DNA from: Candidatus Latescibacterota bacterium
Lineage (GTDB): Bacteria; Latescibacterota; UBA2968
DNA: 64,000 bases
Assembly: GCA_965207885.1 (NCBI GenBank)
Contig: OZ242311.1
Coordinates: 2,560,001-2,624,000, forward strand
Direction: 5' to 3'
Shown here: positions 40,992 through 50,509 of the stretch, in pieces
Layout of the letters: the number at the start of each line of letters is the position of its first letter
How positions within the stretch are numbered: position 1 is the stretch's first letter
Made by a program: the position numbers and the translations under genes
Notes under the pieces: generated by a model
Told to the model about the DNA's origin: nothing
What the model saw: the letters and a program-made list of their open reading frames with translations, nothing else
Database searches by the model: none

Positions 40992-41004
40992 GGTCGTGTT
41001 ATGT
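40992..41004 (-). repeat. attC left-arm remnant (ACATAAC acgacc)
   Basis: Same arm as at 45281-45293 and 48587-48599. Confidence 0.6.
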
Positions 41005-41017
41005 GTCGTGCGATCCT

Positions 41018-41833
41018 CTATCCGTCGCCGAATGTGCCAATTGCGATTTCGTAGTCATGCCTGTCGGCGAACCCCACCTTTTCTGCCACTCTGATCGATG
41101 GTATGTTGCTTGCCCAACAGTCCCAGTGGGGATTCATCCCTGAAGCGAGGGCGTACCTGACAAACTCTCCAGCCACTGCAGTAGCAATGCCCCTTCTCTC
41201 GTATGCTTCAATCGTCTCGATACCTATGCCGCACTTGCCTTCGCTCACGTATTCTGCTGTACACCAACAGACGATTGACGTCCCATCGAGCATCGTGAAG
41301 CCGAATCCCTGGTCGAGAAATATTTCAAGGGATGGCCAGCCTCCCAGGATCTCATCTTTGACCGAGCCAATGTGTGCAAAGTCACTTTGGAGCAATTGGG
41401 CGTTGATCTGCCTGAGCTTCAGCGGAGGCGATGGGACGTCAATTCTCGATGAGCTGTCCCGAACAGAGCAGTAAATCCGTCTTTCCACGTTCGTGTGCGA
41501 GAGCGGGCCGAAAATCTTCTCCAGCCGGAGGCTCCATGCATCTGGTGAATAGTAGAGCTTGAAGAACCCGAGTTCTCTTGACTGACCCTCTAACTGGATT
41601 TCAGTCGAGAAGATCTCTCGCAGCCCATTGTTGGTTTCAACGCCTTCAAAGTCTCCTACGAGGTAGATACACCGGCCTTCCCAGGCTAATACGGTCCTCG
41701 GGGTAGCTGGATCGTCTGCCCAGACTCTGGCAGGGGTTTTGCCATCGATAATGCTATCTACAACGAGGCGGAGGTTGGGCGTGTCAAAATGAGGCCGAAT
41801 TGACGAGGTCTCTTCACTGGAAAGTCGGTGCAT
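41018..41833 (-). CDS. GNAT acetyltransferase
   Basis: IGIETIEAYERRGIA, HWDC..SN.PS.RVAEKVGF. Confidence 0.87.
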   Translation of the reverse strand: MHRLSSEETSSIRPHFDTPNLRLVVDSIIDGKTPARVWADDPATPRTVLAWEGRCIYLVGDFEGVETNNGLREIFSTEIQLEGQSRELGFFKLYYSPDAWSLRLEKIFGPLSHTNVERRIYCSVRDSSSRIDVPSPPLKLRQINAQLLQSDFAHIGSVKDEILGGWPSLEIFLDQGFGFTMLDGTSIVCWCTAEYVSEGKCGIGIETIEAYERRGIATAVAGEFVRYALASGMNPHWDCWASNIPSIRVAEKVGFADRHDYEIAIGTFGDG

Positions 41834-41856
41834 AGTGTCTCACTCTGTATGCTTTT

Positions 41857-41911
41857 GTTAGCCGAATGCGGGTTCTAACCAGCCGGTTTCGTGGCTATGA
41901 AAACCATGTCC
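41857..41911 (-). repeat. 3' end plus R'' box of the paralog B methyltransferase cassette (copy of 46192-46246)
   Basis: 41863-41911 vs 46198-46246 is 47/49 identical; followed by GGCTAAC. Confidence 0.9.
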
Positions 41912-41956
41912 TTTTCTTGAGATTGATCCAAAAGTGCATCCCTCTTGGGTATAAAG

Positions 41957-41998
41957 TAAGAAAGAGTTTAGGCTGAATAAGAAAGAGTTTAGGCTGAA
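41957..41998. repeat. Perfect 21-bp tandem duplication
   Basis: taagaaagagtttaggctgaa x2. Confidence 0.95.
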
Positions 41999-42120
41999 AT
42001 TGAAGAAACGCTTGCATTTTTACAAGGAGGTGATGCGCTTGTGTAAAATGATGACGGTTCCTCTATGAGGGAGAGGCATGCGTATGCCACGAACGAGAAT
42101 CGAACAGAAACAACAGGTTG

Positions 42121-42190
42121 CGCTATTCGCTTTGAATGGCGTTTTTTTATTGCGTCGGCCACTGCACAATTGGATGCTGTGGCCTTTTTT
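42121..42190 (+). terminator. Two terminator-like hairpins in the 5' leader of the AKR gene
   Basis: cgctattc-N5-gaatggcg+T7; ggccac..gca-N-tgc.gtggcc+T6. Confidence 0.55.
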
Positions 42191-42204
42191 ATTTGGAGGT
42201 GCCT

Positions 42205-43167
42205 ATGGATATCCTGAAAGATGGTTGCTGTCCACGACGACGTTGGGGAAAAACGGAATTGTCCATCCCGGTAATTGCCTTTGGAAGTGATGGATTTGGC
42301 AATCGGTTCGGCCACGTAAGTGATGAAACTGCCATAAGGCTCATGCTACGCGCTGTAGAGTTAGGTGTCAATCACTTTGACTGCGCTCGATGCTATGGAG
42401 ATTCGCTACGCAAAATAGGGTTGGCAATCAAGCAAAACGCAATCAAACGAGAGGATTTAATCATCACTGGCCGAATATGTTGTCACGGTAGTGGTCAATG
42501 GGGTCTCTTTGGAAAAGGAGATCCTGAATATGCATCAGAAATCGCTGATTATTCGTCAGATCGCGTGCTGCCAGATATTGAAGATCAACTCAAATGCTTA
42601 GAAATTGACCGCTTCGATGCGCTACTCGTTCACGGCCCCTGGCCTGTCGAACCATCCCTTGCACCGGGCGGTATCCTCGAAGGTCTGGAACAAGCCCGAG
42701 ATCGCGGTCTGGTAGATTTTATCGGCTATGGCATGCACCACCCTCCCTTTCATTTGAAAGCCATTGAATCAGGGCGGGTTGATGTCCTTTTGACCTACTC
42801 TGATTACAATCTGCTTCGCCAAAATGCAGCAGATGATATTCTGCCAGCGGCAGCAGCGCATGACATCGGGGTACTCAACGCCTGGTCTATTTTTAGAGGT
42901 TGGCTAACGGGTTTACCCGTTGCGTCGTTTGTCCCCCGACAGGAATGGAAGGAGGATCATCACCAGGCTGAAAATATCCGGCTCTGGTGTAAATCGCAAA
43001 ATGTTGATATGCTCCAACTCGCTCTACAATTTTGCCTGCGAGAAGCTCGAATACATGGCAATCCAATTGGCATGATGAATATTGAACAGTTGGAAATGAA
43101 CGTGGCTACTGTATTAAAACCATTGCCCGATGAAGTATTCGACGCTTTCAAACTGGCGCACTTATGA
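42205..43167 (+). CDS. Aldo/keto reductase
   Basis: RRWGKTEL, GVNHFDCARCYG, FDALLVHG; RBS GGAGG before ATG 42205. Confidence 0.88.
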   Translation: MDILKDGCCPRRRWGKTELSIPVIAFGSDGFGNRFGHVSDETAIRLMLRAVELGVNHFDCARCYGDSLRKIGLAIKQNAIKREDLIITGRICCHGSGQWGLFGKGDPEYASEIADYSSDRVLPDIEDQLKCLEIDRFDALLVHGPWPVEPSLAPGGILEGLEQARDRGLVDFIGYGMHHPPFHLKAIESGRVDVLLTYSDYNLLRQNAADDILPAAAAHDIGVLNAWSIFRGWLTGLPVASFVPRQEWKEDHHQAENIRLWCKSQNVDMLQLALQFCLREARIHGNPIGMMNIEQLEMNVATVLKPLPDEVFDAFKLAHL

Positions 43168-43202
43168 CCACAGGAGAAATCTCAAAAGCACGTAGCATTG
43201 CG

Positions 43203-44237
43203 TTAATTGTCCTTTTTAACAGCACTTGCCAGAGCACGATCTTCTGCGTCATAGTCGAAGATGGACTGGTCGTATTCCTCCGGCGGGTTCTCGCGTTCCC
43301 AGTCAACCGTACGCTTCAGGCCCACGTTCAAATCCGTCCTGTGTTCCCAGCCCAATTCGTCGCGAATCCTGCTGACGTCGTAGATCAGGTCTTGCGCGGG
43401 GTTCGCCAGTTGTCCGAGATGGTCGGGTAGTTTGTTCTCGGGAAGGATTTGGATTTCGCCCTTCCAGCCCGCAGCCTTTGCAATCGATTCAACCCATTCT
43501 CGCTCCATGCAGTAATTTCCGTCTCCCACGTTGTAGATGCGTCCGGTAGCTGAGGCGTTTACTGTCGCGGCGACAATGGCCTCGGCGACGTCGTCGATAT
43601 ATCCGCGGATGAAGCGCCAGTGCGCGGTCTCTTCACCCAGCAAAATCACCGACCGACCGTCGAGCATCTTCTTGAGGTATCCCCAGGGACGGTGATCGCC
43701 GGGACCATAAACGGCAGGCAATCTGAGAATCGTCGTGTCGAACGCCTGTGAAAGTATTCGCTCTACAGGGATCTTGTCGTAGAAATCCATGTGTTTGTGC
43801 GGGTCGTTGTCAGACCGAAGCGATTCGCCGCGGTAGGGATACAGTCGCGTGCGGAGGTCTCCGTCTTCGCGGATGGGGACTTCCTGAAGCGGACCTGTTC
43901 CGTATCCTCTCATGATGTCATAGGCGTGATAGACGTCACCGCTCGAGAGGACGACAACTCTGGGCGCAACATCCTGCATGGTGTCGGTGAATGTCTGCGC
44001 GAATTGCTCGTTCATGGCAATCGTGTCAAGGAGGACATCCACCTTCAGCGATAGGAACTGTTCACGGAAGTCGCCCAGGTCCAGTCGATTGCCGTGAATA
44101 TGCTCGACGCTGTCCGGAACGAGATCGGCGTTGTGCTTGCCCCGGTGGAAGACGGTGACGGTATGACCGGCTTCGGTCAGCCTGGCGACAGCATGGGCAC
44201 CGATAAAGCGCGTGCCACCGATGACGAGTATGTTCAT
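43203..44237 (-). CDS. NAD-dependent epimerase/dehydratase
   Basis: VIGGTRFIG, LSSGDVY, YDKI, RLPAVYGP. Confidence 0.9.
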   Translation of the reverse strand: MNILVIGGTRFIGAHAVARLTEAGHTVTVFHRGKHNADLVPDSVEHIHGNRLDLGDFREQFLSLKVDVLLDTIAMNEQFAQTFTDTMQDVAPRVVVLSSGDVYHAYDIMRGYGTGPLQEVPIREDGDLRTRLYPYRGESLRSDNDPHKHMDFYDKIPVERILSQAFDTTILRLPAVYGPGDHRPWGYLKKMLDGRSVILLGEETAHWRFIRGYIDDVAEAIVAATVNASATGRIYNVGDGNYCMEREWVESIAKAAGWKGEIQILPENKLPDHLGQLANPAQDLIYDVSRIRDELGWEHRTDLNVGLKRTVDWERENPPEEYDQSIFDYDAEDRALASAVKKDN

Positions 44238-44266
44238 GATATCATTGCTCTATATAGGAATGGAAT

Positions 44267-45226
44267 CTAACCGATGTCCTTCAAGATCTCTTCGGGGAAT
44301 CTCAGCAGTTCAGGAGTGACAGCAAGCCGCTCGCGAAACTCCCACACATTAAGTTTCTGTCCTGTGTATAGCCAGTGAGACAATCGATCTGCGCTGTAAG
44401 ATGCCCAGATGATGCCCACCACTATTTTTTCTTCTTCCGAAAGTGGACTCAAGGCAACATATCCCTCCCAAAACTGCCTTGTTTCCTCAGTTGTGAGGAG
44501 TCGAGCGTCCCCAGCTGGATCATGAAGAAGCCAGCGATCTTGGACCATTACGAGATCACAGAGCCGGGGTTGAAAGACAGCACCAATATCTGTGTACGCC
44601 ACATTCTCTCCATCGCGGATAGCATTCGCCGAACGCAAATCGTAGTGCGTCAATACCCAGGCTACAGGAACATCGAGAAGCCCGGAAGGGAGACTGTCTG
44701 TGAGAGAAGTAATCGCTTCCTTTGCCTCATTTGGAATCCGGCTCCACAAAACCGACCTCAGGCGTGGACCCACGAAGTCGCGAACGGGTCTTTTTTCCCG
44801 AAGGCGGCCGGGAAAGTGAACGGAGATATCATGGAGCCTGGCCAACTGCTTACCTGCCTCGGGGAGAATCGAAAGGCATGTGGAATCACACATTGTTCCC
44901 GGCAGAGCCCGCTCAACCGAAAGACAGCGATTCCCTATCGGCTCAGCAAGCTGACCGTCCTGTGTTGGGATGATGACCGGGACCGCCGCGCCCCAGTTGC
45001 CAAGGAAGTTGATAAACTCAACCACTTGATCAGCAGAGAAACCCCTGCGCGAGGAGCTCAAGCGAGCGTAGTATAGCTGCTTACTTGTCTCGACACGGAA
45101 GACCTTTGAGGTGCCGGGAACGACGGAATCGACTTTCCCTCTGATTCCCCACCGATCCTGCAAAAGCCTCGCGATATCATTGGTAGAGAAAAGTACCAAG
45201 CCCCACCCCTTTGATTCGATCTGCAC
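44267..45226 (-). CDS. Phosphotransferase (APH/homoserine kinase type II-like)
   Basis: LARLH, THYDL...N Brenner-like motif. Confidence 0.65.
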   Translation of the reverse strand: MQIESKGWGLVLFSTNDIARLLQDRWGIRGKVDSVVPGTSKVFRVETSKQLYYARLSSSRRGFSADQVVEFINFLGNWGAAVPVIIPTQDGQLAEPIGNRCLSVERALPGTMCDSTCLSILPEAGKQLARLHDISVHFPGRLREKRPVRDFVGPRLRSVLWSRIPNEAKEAITSLTDSLPSGLLDVPVAWVLTHYDLRSANAIRDGENVAYTDIGAVFQPRLCDLVMVQDRWLLHDPAGDARLLTTEETRQFWEGYVALSPLSEEEKIVVGIIWASYSADRLSHWLYTGQKLNVWEFRERLAVTPELLRFPEEILKDIG

Positions 45227-45258
45227 AATCGCCCTGTTTTTAGAACGGTTTAGTTAGC

Positions 45259-45293
45259 GTATAACGTCCCCGTAGGGCACGGTCGTGTTATAG
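45259..45293 (-). repeat. Collapsed attC (35 bp)
   Basis: Stop codon inside R'' (CTATAAC) acgaccgtgccc-tacg-gggac GTTATAC. Confidence 0.7.
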
Positions 45294-46076
45294 GAGTTTG
45301 TCTTTTTCGGACTCTGAGGACACACTCAAGCGTTTTGCTTGCTCGGCTCGGTAGCGATTGATCCATTGGGCGTTGAGGTCATCAGCCAGACGCCTGTGGC
45401 GTGTCTGAATCTCACGCCCGGATGGTAGCTCTAGCTTGAGAAAGTCAAGGATGCCACAGGTCTCACCGACGGGATCGGCGGCAAGGTCTTCGTACTGCAC
45501 AAGGTAAGGCTGAATACCAACCGAAGCAAACCACACCCGCCATGCCGCATTGTGCTCATTGATCATCTGAACCAACTTGCAGATCTGGTCGAAGTCGAAC
45601 CTGGGTTCCTGTTCTGGCTGTTCCAATTCCGACTGATCGGTCTTGAACCAGATGTTGGTTTGCTCGGCGCGGTGCCAGGACACGGCCTGCGCCAGAACAT
45701 CATCGCGCTGGAGATAGACAAAGCGCGTATGGCCGAACACTCGGTTCAATAGGTCGATATCGCCACCAGTGATAGTTGGATAGACCGCGCCCAACCTGTC
45801 GACCACATAGTCCAAGGTCCCCCACATAATCCTTGCGGCAAACACGCCATTTTGGGTCCTGCCTGCGGCAAGGGCTGCTCGCACATATTCGGAATATTCA
45901 AAGACCTCATCAGACGAGTGGACAATGTTCCATCGGGCGGCCCACATTTGCTCGTCGGGCTGGCGGAAGTATGACTCAGGACGACCCGCGACTTCCGCAG
46001 ACGCCAGCAATCCACACAACAAGGTACTGCCTGTGCGTGGGGTGGTGCAGATCAAGTACGAATCCATGTGTTCCAT
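45288..46076 (-). CDS. Stf0-family sulfotransferase
   Basis: YLICTTPRTGSTLL, GRPESYF, AQAVSW.RAEQT, YEDL. Confidence 0.88.
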   Translation of the reverse strand: MEHMDSYLICTTPRTGSTLLCGLLASAEVAGRPESYFRQPDEQMWAARWNIVHSSDEVFEYSEYVRAALAAGRTQNGVFAARIMWGTLDYVVDRLGAVYPTITGGDIDLLNRVFGHTRFVYLQRDDVLAQAVSWHRAEQTNIWFKTDQSELEQPEQEPRFDFDQICKLVQMINEHNAAWRVWFASVGIQPYLVQYEDLAADPVGETCGILDFLKLELPSGREIQTRHRRLADDLNAQWINRYRAEQAKRLSVSSESEKDKLL

Positions 46077-46209
46077 AGACTTGTTTTTTTATGTTTTGCT
46101 GTTCAAATGGATTTCGAATCCCCACCAATGTTCTGTCTGCTTGTAGTGCGCTCTCTCGAAGGCATTGACCATCGGAAAATTTGTCGCCGCCGTTGATCGA
46201 ATGCGGGTT

Positions 46210-47013
46210 CTAACCAGCCGGTTTCGTGGCCACGAAAACCATGTCCGTATGCTCAGCGTTCAGGGGCTCGTCCGAGAAGTTACCCTTCACCTCCACGTCG
46301 GCGAATCCCGCCAACTGTAGCATCCAGAGCACCTCATTGCGATGATACCAACGCGTCTGGCCCACATGTACCTCTTCCTCGATAACCTGGTCACCGTCGT
46401 GGACCTCATACCGACGTTCCTGCATCTGGATCTGTTCAACTGGATCCTCTCCCATGTCTCGTAGATATACCAACAATCGTCGGCCGTCTGAGAGTTCCTT
46501 GTTTGATCGCAATGCCCATTCTCCTGGGTAGGTCTTCTCTTCTTCGCTGCCGTAGTAGTTCCGGTTCCCCGGAGAACAGGCGAATACGAGTTGTCCTTTC
46601 GGTTCCAGGTGGGTGAAACAACGTCGCAATGTCTCCAATGCCTCGGTACGATCCATGACACACTCGAAGCTCCCACAGGGGATATAAATAGTACTGTAGC
46701 TATGCGGAACGTCGAATGTCTGCATAGATTGCTCATAAAGGACCGGTTTGACTCCGACACGCTCTGCATCCCGGCGGCACACTGCCAGTTGATCTGATGA
46801 TATGTCTATTCCCTCAACGTCAAGTCCATCCTGCAGATAGGCGATCAACAAGCGACCCGCGCCACACCCTAATTCGAGTGCTTTGCCTGAGTTCTTCACG
46901 ATTATAGAACGATAGAATTCCTGGTCTCTACGGGGGTCGGTGACCGATATTGTGGCCCAATGGACGGACGCCAGGCCGGTGTATAGATCGCGTTCGTCGT
47001 ATCGCTGCTGCAT
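46210..47013 (-). CDS. Class I SAM-dependent methyltransferase (paralog B)
   Basis: DERDLYTGL..HWATIS, ALELGCGAGR; followed by R''-like GATCAAC at 46192-46198. Confidence 0.9.
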   Translation of the reverse strand: MQQRYDERDLYTGLASVHWATISVTDPRRDQEFYRSIIVKNSGKALELGCGAGRLLIAYLQDGLDVEGIDISSDQLAVCRRDAERVGVKPVLYEQSMQTFDVPHSYSTIYIPCGSFECVMDRTEALETLRRCFTHLEPKGQLVFACSPGNRNYYGSEEEKTYPGEWALRSNKELSDGRRLLVYLRDMGEDPVEQIQMQERRYEVHDGDQVIEEEVHVGQTRWYHRNEVLWMLQLAGFADVEVKGNFSDEPLNAEHTDMVFVATKPAG

Positions 47014-47047
47014 TGCGTTGTCCTTGAGAAAGAGGTCAGTCTGGTCC

Positions 47048-47085
47048 TTATGACGTGGTTGTTTTCAGAGAATCGAATGTTGGGT
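47048..47085 (-). repeat. Degenerate attC remnant
   Basis: ACCCAAC 9 nt after the stop; possible R' GTCATAA. Confidence 0.45.
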
Positions 47086-47094
47086 GCTCTTTAA

Positions 47095-47997
47095 CTACAG
47101 CCTCTTCACGTATGCCGAAGAGACATCACCGATGCGGAATCCAACTCTGGTATAGAGCGAGACCGCAGCTATGTTGTTTTCGCGGCAGTTCAGAATCACG
47201 CGCTTATATCCTTCCTCTTGTGCCTCAGACAGTGCGAGATTGAGCAGATGGTGCCCTATGCCTTGCCGTCGGTGCTCCTGATCTACCCCAAGCCATCGCA
47301 AGTAACAGCAGGAGGCGAGTTCGTCAAGGTTGGCGTAAGCTTGACAACTGAACATGCGGCATATTCCGATTCTGGAATCACCAGAGAACGCCCTCACGAA
47401 TATGTCGGGCCGTTCTGCATGTGTCGGGACTTTCTCGACATTCACCCGCGCTGCAATTGTAGTTGGGATCACTCCTCCTATTCGTCGCTCCAAGGTCAGA
47501 TGGGCATCGTGAGGTGTGTATCCATTCTCACTGAAAAGTTGGCGAACGTGGGCGAGCCGATCAGACAGGACGCCAACCTTATAGTTGTGAAACGAGTATC
47601 CGTGATAGAGCGGAAACGCATCGATGTACCCATAGTCCGATAGCAAGTCTTCTACGCTCTCCAGCAACAACTGCCCGACCACTGGGAAATCTGGCACAAA
47701 CGCCAGGCAACGGATGATTCCGCATTCGGTGTCTTCGCCACGTACTTCGGCCGGGCCAGCACAAATGTGCGCGAACCCAACAGGCTCGGCATCGACAGAC
47801 GCAACAAGCAACTTCTGCTCCCTATCTGTTGCCAGTGACTCGCTGTCTTCCAGATTTGGTACAAGGCCACTTGCGAAGTCTTCGGGAACAACCGAATAGC
47901 TGAAGGGGGCCTTTGTCGTTGATTCCGACCAGACCTTGGAGAGACTACCCGCACGATACAGGGGCCACTCCTCAATCGTAGGTGAGCACTTGTCCAT
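47095..47997 (-). CDS. Tandem GNAT acetyltransferase
   Basis: LGVDQEHRRQGIG, N.AAVSLYTRVGF. Confidence 0.85.
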   Translation of the reverse strand: MDKCSPTIEEWPLYRAGSLSKVWSESTTKAPFSYSVVPEDFASGLVPNLEDSESLATDREQKLLVASVDAEPVGFAHICAGPAEVRGEDTECGIIRCLAFVPDFPVVGQLLLESVEDLLSDYGYIDAFPLYHGYSFHNYKVGVLSDRLAHVRQLFSENGYTPHDAHLTLERRIGGVIPTTIAARVNVEKVPTHAERPDIFVRAFSGDSRIGICRMFSCQAYANLDELASCCYLRWLGVDQEHRRQGIGHHLLNLALSEAQEEGYKRVILNCRENNIAAVSLYTRVGFRIGDVSSAYVKRL

Positions 47998-48032
47998 TCA
48001 CTGTCCTCTCTACTGTCGATAGGATCGCGTTC

Positions 48033-48072
48033 GGCTAACATTTGGCATCTGCGACGGCGAAAGTAGTTACGA
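48033..48072 (-). repeat. Collapsed attC-like site
   Basis: TCGTAAC...aaat GTTAGCC gaacgcg; flank resembles the reverse complement of 41857-41870. Confidence 0.55.
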
Positions 48073-48102
48073 ACTATTTCTTTGACATCTTTCAGAGCAA
48101 TC

Positions 48103-48474
48103 TTAAGCCTGCACATTGGCATAGAAATTGACGATGTTCCCATCCGGGTCACGAAACCAAACAGATCGGCGCCCCCACGATTGGGTTGTAGGCGATTTAA
48201 CAATCTCAACATTCATGGCTTTCAAACGCTCAAATTCCCGGTCGACGTCTTCTACCTCAAACTCGATAGTATAGCTACCATATCCAGCTCCCTTCAGGCA
48301 TCCAGGAGCCATCTTCTCCGTGCGTTCTGAGGAGAAGATTGACAAATCTGCACCCTCCGTTGGAATGATCTCAAATACATTTCCTTCTTCTGGTCCAAGT
48401 TTTAGTATTTCTCTGTAGAAAGCGCACAATCTGTCCACATTCTGCGTTATTATACAAATGCCAGTGAACCGCAT
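48103..48474 (-). CDS. VOC/glyoxalase-bleomycin resistance family protein
   Basis: FYREIL, IEFEVEDVD, WGRRSVWFRDPDGN. Confidence 0.9.
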   Translation of the reverse strand: MRFTGICIITQNVDRLCAFYREILKLGPEEGNVFEIIPTEGADLSIFSSERTEKMAPGCLKGAGYGSYTIEFEVEDVDREFERLKAMNVEIVKSPTTQSWGRRSVWFRDPDGNIVNFYANVQA

Positions 48475-48560
48475 GATGAACCTCCAGAAGTCTCAGTGAA
48501 ATTCTTTTGGACAGCGCAGGACGCGTCGCCTCCTTCGAGGTGGGGAAAGTCACGGCTTGT

Positions 48561-48599
48561 GTATAAGGTTCTCGCCGTGTGCGCACGGTCGTGTTATGT
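48561..48599 (-). repeat. Collapsed attC-like site
   Basis: ACATAAC acgaccgtgcgcacacggcgagaac CTTATAC (R' G>C). Confidence 0.6.
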
Positions 48600-49214
48600 G
48601 GTGTTACGCATCGCTCTGGCTGATTCCCTTCGCCGTCATGAACCGCGGTCGATCCAGGACGTTGAAGCTCCTCGAGTGCAGAGCCGACATGTTCGTGACA
48701 TACGCCTCACCCGGATCCCCTGTCAGTTCCACCACACGCAGAGGATGACCCCAAACGTCGGTGGGTTTTTCCATGAATCGTTGCCTGCGATCCTCGGAGC
48801 CCCTTTTATGAGTTAGATTTCGCAACCAGGTGTGAGAGGCAAAGAACCTTTGCTTTATGTGCTTGACCTTCAGGTCAAGCTGATGCGGGGTGAGCTCGTT
48901 GTAGAACTTGCACACAACGTGGTGTGAACCCTCAACCAGAACCGTGCCTCCGCCTTCCGGATCGACCTTACTCAGAAAGCAGAAAATGAAGATGTCGCGG
49001 AGTTGGTCAACATTGCGAAGCGGGTTTCCGTGCCAGTGCCAGTCGGTTGCGATGTCCCAACTTTCTCGCTGCTGGGGGAAGGTGTACAGCACAATGCCGC
49101 GATCTTTCGGGGGACGCCACCGTCCCTGACCGAGCAACTGATCTACCACTGCTGCAAATTCTGCCGTCATGGCTTCTCGAAAGATGCGAGAGTTTCTCAC
49201 GGATCGGTAGTGTC

Positions 49215-50054
49215 TCAGTTTGAAATTTTGCGGTACGTTTTTGGTCGATTGGGTTTGGGTGCGTGAGCATCCACCAGGTCAACGATCCAGCCCATTGTGT
49301 AGGCTTCGTCTGCCAACCCTGCCGCGACTGCTGGCGTTGTCTCCAACGTCAAATGCATCCGCACGAAATTGTAATACAGAAAGTAGAGACTCAGCATGTG
49401 AATGTGGTTTTCCAACTTCTTTGAAAACGCATTCGTCAGTCGCGTAAACCGGCGCATCCCCATTCGCATATTGAGATTCTGACGCTCAACGTGGGATGTT
49501 GAAATATCGCTCTCAACAGGGTTTCCAATCACCACACGTTTCAACTGGTTCGTCTCAGTATCGTAAATCTTCACCAATTGGGCAAAGTCTATATCATCAC
49601 CAAACGCGCCCTCGACCGCTTCGAGATACGCCCTCAGGCCATCCGTCGTCAATTGTACCCGGGTCACCAATCTCGCACGGAGATTCGATATAAACTCCAT
49701 TGCGGTCACAGCAGACCGATCTCCGACCTCATAGGCAATGATCAACTTTGTGTCTCGCTCTAATGCCGTCCACGTCCACACATCACCCGCACCGTATTGA
49801 TCCACATTCCCGTTTTCTACCGTTTTCTGCTTACAATAACAAAAAGCCCATATCTCATCACACTGGATATGGGCTGCTTCTATACCGCGCACATGCTCAT
49901 CATGGTAAAACGCACACACCTGTCCTGCATCTACCAACAACTTCAATACGGAGTTGATAGAACACCCGACAACACGGCTTACCGACCGCATCGACATGCC
50001 CTCACACAACATCGCAAGTATCTGTATCCGCTTGTTTTTGCTTAACTTATTCAT
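49215..50054 (-). CDS. IS1-family DDE transposase
   Basis: N-term HTH (EGMSMRSVSRVVG), CDEIW, TTDG, STSHVERQNLNMRM..RRFTRLTNAFSKK. Confidence 0.92.
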   Translation of the reverse strand: MNKLSKNKRIQILAMLCEGMSMRSVSRVVGCSINSVLKLLVDAGQVCAFYHDEHVRGIEAAHIQCDEIWAFCYCKQKTVENGNVDQYGAGDVWTWTALERDTKLIIAYEVGDRSAVTAMEFISNLRARLVTRVQLTTDGLRAYLEAVEGAFGDDIDFAQLVKIYDTETNQLKRVVIGNPVESDISTSHVERQNLNMRMGMRRFTRLTNAFSKKLENHIHMLSLYFLYYNFVRMHLTLETTPAVAAGLADEAYTMGWIVDLVDAHAPKPNRPKTYRKISN

Positions 50055-50089
50055 ACCTTAAATTTAGCGATTAAGGTGCTGTTTGTCAA
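50055..50089 (-). promoter_or_regulatory. Transposase promoter (leaderless) with overlapping palindrome
   Basis: TTGACA-N17-TAAATT-N6-ATG; accttaa/ttaaggt inverted repeat flanks the -10. Confidence 0.7.
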
Positions 50090-50117
50090 GCATTTATGTC
50101 AAACTAAGTGGGAATGG

Positions 50118-50146
50118 TTGACAGGGTGGGGAAAAACGGTTAATAT
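50118..50146 (+). promoter_or_regulatory. sigma70-like promoter for the 50306 ORF
   Basis: TTGACA-N17-TAATAT. Confidence 0.6.
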
Positions 50147-50194
50147 TGAATAGTTGCAGAGCGCAACGAGCCTGCCGAAAATGAGGTGGGCAAG

Positions 50195-50245
50195 GAAAAG
50201 GGCGTGTTATGAGCACGCCCCAAAAGAATGCCTTGGCACCAGACA
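50195..50245 (-). ncRNA. Putative cis-antisense sRNA 1
   Basis: Promoter TTGACC(50279-50274)-N17-TATAAT(50256-50251); terminator gggcgtg-N7-cacgccc+TTTT. Confidence 0.55.
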
Positions 50246-50305
50246 CTTAGATTATACTAAATTTGTGTACTGAGGTCAAGTCTTTAGTTAGAGGAGACCT
50301 CTGTC

Positions 50306-50491
50306 ATGGTAAAGTGTCAGCAATGCCCGTATCTTGGCTATTATGTGCTATGCACCAGAATCTGCCCTGAAAGGCAGAATCGGGCCGAACAGCAGAAGAA
50401 GCGTCAGATATTGGTAAAAACCATCAGACCAGCACCAGGCGTCACCTTGGAGGAAATCACGGTCATTGAGGATTATCAGATCCCGCGATAG
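50306..50491 (+). CDS. Small Cys-rich hypothetical passenger protein
   Basis: RBS GAGGAG; CxxC...CxxxC; 61 aa. Confidence 0.55.
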   Translation: MVKCQQCPYLGYYVLCTRICPERQNRAEQQKKRQILVKTIRPAPGVTLEEITVIEDYQIPR

Positions 50492-50509
50492 CGACTAAAG
50501 CTATGTGGC

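Noticed and set aside
41833-41842. tagtgtctca matching the IS1 TIR
   Set aside because: Only 10 bp, lacks the terminal GG, and has no partner or TSD
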